A stretch of DNA of 64,000 nucleotides from Thermoplasmatales archaeon (GTDB lineage Archaea; Thermoplasmatota; Thermoplasmata; Thermoplasmatales; Thermoplasmataceae): the NCBI GenBank assembly GCA_027310185.1, contig DAIDBH010000014.1, forward strand, positions 128,001-192,000. The letters are read 5' to 3'. Below are positions 60,833 to 64,000 of the stretch, in pieces (within the stretch, counting starts at the first letter, position 1; the number at the start of each line of letters is the position of its first letter). The position numbers and the translations under genes were made by a program. The notes below the pieces were generated by a model. That model saw only the letters and a program-made list of their open reading frames with translations, searched no databases and was not told the origin of the DNA.

Positions 60833-61852
60833 TCATGCGGACGTTGTTCTTGAGTGGATATAATCTATCAACCCATCTATGATTCTTTCTTTTATCATGG
60901 TGGGATTTTTCCAGGAGAATAAAGAGGGTTCAAGATAGCATGATAGCGCACATTTATTACAGCTTTCAAATTCTGCCCAGTTATAGTTGTTCCAAACCTT
61001 TACAATATCCACATCCCAGACCTTGGAGGTCCCCTTGTATTCATTCAGAACGTAACACGGCATGACAAGATTCCCAATGGGATCAACGTTCATTGTAAGC
61101 CAAGGCTTGCACTTCCACTCAATTCCGTTGAACCATGAATTTGTGACCGCCTGGAAATATTCCCTGGAGTTTACAATCCTGTAACCTTTTTCTTTCATTG
61201 CTGACAGTGTTTCAATGGCTTCCTTCAGCTTTCCCATTCCAGGAGATTCCTTTTCTGCAGTTGTATAATTGTAAGCGATCTGGAAATTAATTGGCACTCC
61301 CAGCTTTTCTGCCATGAGTACCAGATCTTTCGCCTGGAAGTAATTTTCTTCGGTAATAGTAGAGCTGAGTGAAAGAGAGATATGCCCCCGGGCAGCTTTA
61401 ATTCCTTCCATAGCCTTGTTGAATGATCCGCTGACTCCCCTCATTTTGTCGTGCAGTTCACCTACTCCGTCTATGGAAACAAACATGTAGTCAACATAGT
61501 CTTCAATACTCTTCAATTTGGTCTTTAAAAGCCATCCATTGGTAACCATGGATGTGTGAAAGCGATTATGGGATTCAGCAAGAATATCCTGCACATCATT
61601 CCTCAACAATGGTTCACCTCCCTCGAAACCAAGGAATGAAACTCCCGCTCTTTTCAATGCTTCCATCATCCTTACTTCATCCTCCACGGATAGAAGTTCC
61701 TCATCTTTCCTTCTCCAGAACGGACACATCTTGCACTCAAGGTTACATGTGTAGAGTAATTTATGGCCGGCGATCAACGGTGCCTTGCTGCCATTGAACC
61801 CTTTCATCTTCCGCTCTATCGTCCTCCATAGAACGGGTTTTATCATTGCCAT
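60833..61852 (-). CDS. Radical SAM protein, PTO1314 family-like
   Basis: GHKLLYTCNLECKMCPFW, FEGGEPLLR, VSIDG, CKPW...PCY, CNKCALSCYLE. Confidence 0.85.
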   Translation of the reverse strand: MAMIKPVLWRTIERKMKGFNGSKAPLIAGHKLLYTCNLECKMCPFWRRKDEELLSVEDEVRMMEALKRAGVSFLGFEGGEPLLRNDVQDILAESHNRFHTSMVTNGWLLKTKLKSIEDYVDYMFVSIDGVGELHDKMRGVSGSFNKAMEGIKAARGHISLSLSSTITEENYFQAKDLVLMAEKLGVPINFQIAYNYTTAEKESPGMGKLKEAIETLSAMKEKGYRIVNSREYFQAVTNSWFNGIEWKCKPWLTMNVDPIGNLVMPCYVLNEYKGTSKVWDVDIVKVWNNYNWAEFESCNKCALSCYLEPSLFSWKNPTMIKERIIDGLIDYIHSRTTSA

Positions 61853-62211
61853 AATTATATAGCATCATACAGTACTTAAACCTGAGTGGCATCATATTTT
61901 AACTTTTATATTGATGCAAAATTCTGCCAGTACGTATCTTGAATTGCAACAATAAGAAATATTCCATATATAATACAATAATTGCAAATTAATGAAATGG
62001 ATGATGATACTTTTCTGTAAGGATTCAGATTCTGCGGTAAAATTACGAAATTATAAAGATATATGTTTAATGTATTTTGGAAAACCTCCCAAAAAATAAC
62101 AGTAAGATAACCTGAACTGGAAAAGGGTGTCTAAATTTAATAAAATATGATGGGAACATTTAAAGATATCAGCCCTGAAATCAGAACGCGATAAATAGAA
62201 ATGATATAGAA

Positions 62212-62550
62212 CTAATTTCGTGGTACAAGCTGTATTGCTCTCTCTGGACATGCCGTTACACAATCACTGCAGGAGTGGCATCTGTCAATACCCGGTGTGC
62301 GAGCAATCATGTTTCCATGTGCCCTTGCCTTTATGCGGCTGAAAAATCCCAGACCTGCGATTTCATCGGGTGTTCTTGGGGTGACTTCAAATACATCATA
62401 TGGACAGACCTTCACGCACTCACCCTTCGCCTCGCATTTTTCTGGATCAACCATTGGAACGACTCCTGAAGAGTCAGGCTTGCAATGGGTACCATTCATA
62501 AGGACTTTATCACCACTCATTTCCTTTCCATGGCTTTGATGATCGGCCAA
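62212..62550 (-). CDS. Dicluster ferredoxin (CxxKxxCxxxCP + CxxCxxCxxxCP)
   Basis: CEAKGECVKVCP and CHSCSDCVTACP; start uncertain. Confidence 0.85.
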   Translation of the reverse strand: MADHQSHGKEMSGDKVLMNGTHCKPDSSGVVPMVDPEKCEAKGECVKVCPYDVFEVTPRTPDEIAGLGFFSRIKARAHGNMIARTPGIDRCHSCSDCVTACPERAIQLVPRN

Positions 62551-63077
62551 TACATAACCTTTAGCATCATTTCATTATACATCAGCAACTTTTACTTTAG
62601 CAGTTAGTGGTGTTGACCCCCACTAATAGTTTTGTCCTTTTTTATCAGATCTAACGAGTGGAAAATAGAGACTTTGCAAGGAAACCAAAAACAAACCTTT
62701 GACCTCATCCCATTGAGTTATGTAATAATCTACTCCTGAACTCTTAAGGATCGCTTCGGAAGATTGAAGGTTAACTTTTTCATTTCAGCTCAAGCTTGTC
62801 GGGCATGAACAGAGTGCGAAAATAAAATTTAAAAACCTGTTAGATTGAAAAACTAGTTCCCTAAGCTTGTTGAGTTGGCAACTTAGCCAATCAGGATTTA
62901 TTGCATATGCCTATGAATTCATCGTTATTTCTATCATACCATATTTATATACTAAGGGCTTAAAATATAGTTATTGAATTAATTCTTAGAAGTACAAACA
63001 CCTTTGGATGTTGTTTAAAAGAGGCCTGTTTTACCTAATTTATGAATTTTATGAAACAAATTTAAGATGGTCAATAG

Positions 63078-63150
63078 TGGGTCTGCCCGGATTTGAACCG
63101 GGGTTTCCAACTCCCGAAGCTGGAAGGATACCAGGCTACCCCACAAACCC
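63078..63150 (-). tRNA. tRNA-Pro(CGG)
   Basis: Reverse complement GGGTTTGTGGGGTAGCCTGGTATCCTTCCAGCTTCGGGAGTTGGAAACCCCGGTTCAAATCCGGGCAGACCCA. Confidence 0.95.
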
Positions 63151-63196
63151 TTCGTTATTTTCCGTATATTTCATGGTTATATTTAATTTGATCTTA

Positions 63197-64000
63197 TTAT
63201 GAAACAGAAACACTTTGGACTGATTCTCTTTTGTTTATTTTGTTGTTAACTTGAAGTCCTATTTCCATCAATATGACAAGCAAAAGTAATAGCGGAAGAC
63301 CAGTGTTAGGATCCGTTGCAGGGAGTATATAGATACCCATATCCTGGAATAGAACCCATGTGATCCCTGTAAAAACCATGGCAAGTACCAATCCAGCTTT
63401 ATGATATAATATGATCAGTATAGCTGCAGCAAGCATAAGTAGAAACATGAACACGTTGATATAGCTCTCCCTGAATAGCAAATATACATATGTATGATTC
63501 AATATATAATAAACAACGGGATTTTCTCCCTGCTGGTTAATATTCATGTAAATATCGTATGAGAGTTGTCCTTTTGTCCAGAAGGTGTTTCCCGGTACGA
63601 GTTGAAGCACTGCCCCAATGAAGAAAATAACGGATACAGAATATATAAAGTATTTCTGAAGGAAATTTATGTTGTTGAACTTTGCTGAGACGTAAGGCAC
63701 TGCCAGAATAATATAAATGAGTGCTGAACCGGGGAAACCTGTCAAAAGAGATACACCACTCTCCGGTATTCCTCCAAAGCCTTCACCGAATATCCAGATG
63801 ACTATAGCCCAGATGATGGAAATGATGCTGATGTATTTCAGGGCTTTTGCACTCCTGTTTGATAAATATGATGCACCAATAAATATCTGGAGAGCACCAC
63901 TTAAGGCATCAAACTGAAATGGGTGCAGCAGCCATGTATTATATGCTATCATCAAGAATCTCTCAATTCCTGCATTATTAATTGCCTGAATTGATGGACC
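63197..64000 (-). CDS. Multi-TM membrane protein; 5' end probably beyond the window
   Basis: Hydrophobic ORF with IWIFGEGFGG, LTGFPGSAL and Q.MG...ATDPNTG motifs. Confidence 0.7.
   Translation of the reverse strand, partial: GPSIQAINNAGIERFLMIAYNTWLLHPFQFDALSGALQIFIGASYLSNRSAKALKYISIISIIWAIVIWIFGEGFGGIPESGVSLLTGFPGSALIYIILAVPYVSAKFNNINFLQKYFIYSVSVIFFIGAVLQLVPGNTFWTKGQLSYDIYMNINQQGENPVVYYILNHTYVYLLFRESYINVFMFLLMLAAAILIILYHKAGLVLAMVFTGITWVLFQDMGIYILPATDPNTGLPLLLLLVILMEIGLQVNNKINKRESVQSVSVS

Noticed and set aside
62550-63070. Possible MITE or ncRNA in the 500-bp gap (hairpin TTAGTGG...CCACTAA near 62604-62626)
   Set aside because: Only one short stem; no terminal repeats, target duplication or C/D box pair found.
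1-64000. CRISPR array, cas genes or rRNA
   Set aside because: No regularly spaced repeats, cas-like ORFs or rRNA sequence were seen.

Overview
This 64 kb window is chromosomal DNA from an AT-rich acidophilic archaeon of the order Thermoplasmatales (Cuniculiplasma/Thermoplasma-like, inferred from protein sequences and the tuf-rps10-fusA order). Most of it is housekeeping: a sugar ABC transporter, VAT/Cdc48, aRF1, PyrH, 2-oxoacid:ferredoxin oxidoreductase, PurQ, L40e, FBP aldolase/phosphatase, Hsp20 with its regulator, RpoL, EF-2/S10/EF-1a, S3ae, AsnA, PINA, Xth, GadB, Bcp and three tRNAs (Glu-CTC, intron-containing Met-CAT, Pro-CGG). The main discovery is a 4,087-bp non-autonomous IS1634-derived element at 43735-47821. 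It has perfect 15-bp terminal inverted repeats, symmetric subterminal repeats and a 6-bp target-site duplication (CTGTTT). Most of its transposase has been replaced by cargo: two tandem pairs of a hydrophobic precursor-like protein plus a small membrane protein, resembling archaeocin (bacteriocin)/immunity modules, an MFS fragment, and an inactivated RelE-like toxin. The element boundaries are seen directly in the sequence; the toxin/immunity function is inference. Other notable items are a degenerate SQR-like protein in an operon with DUF1641 and OsmC genes, and an HSR1-like palindromic operator upstream of hsp20.
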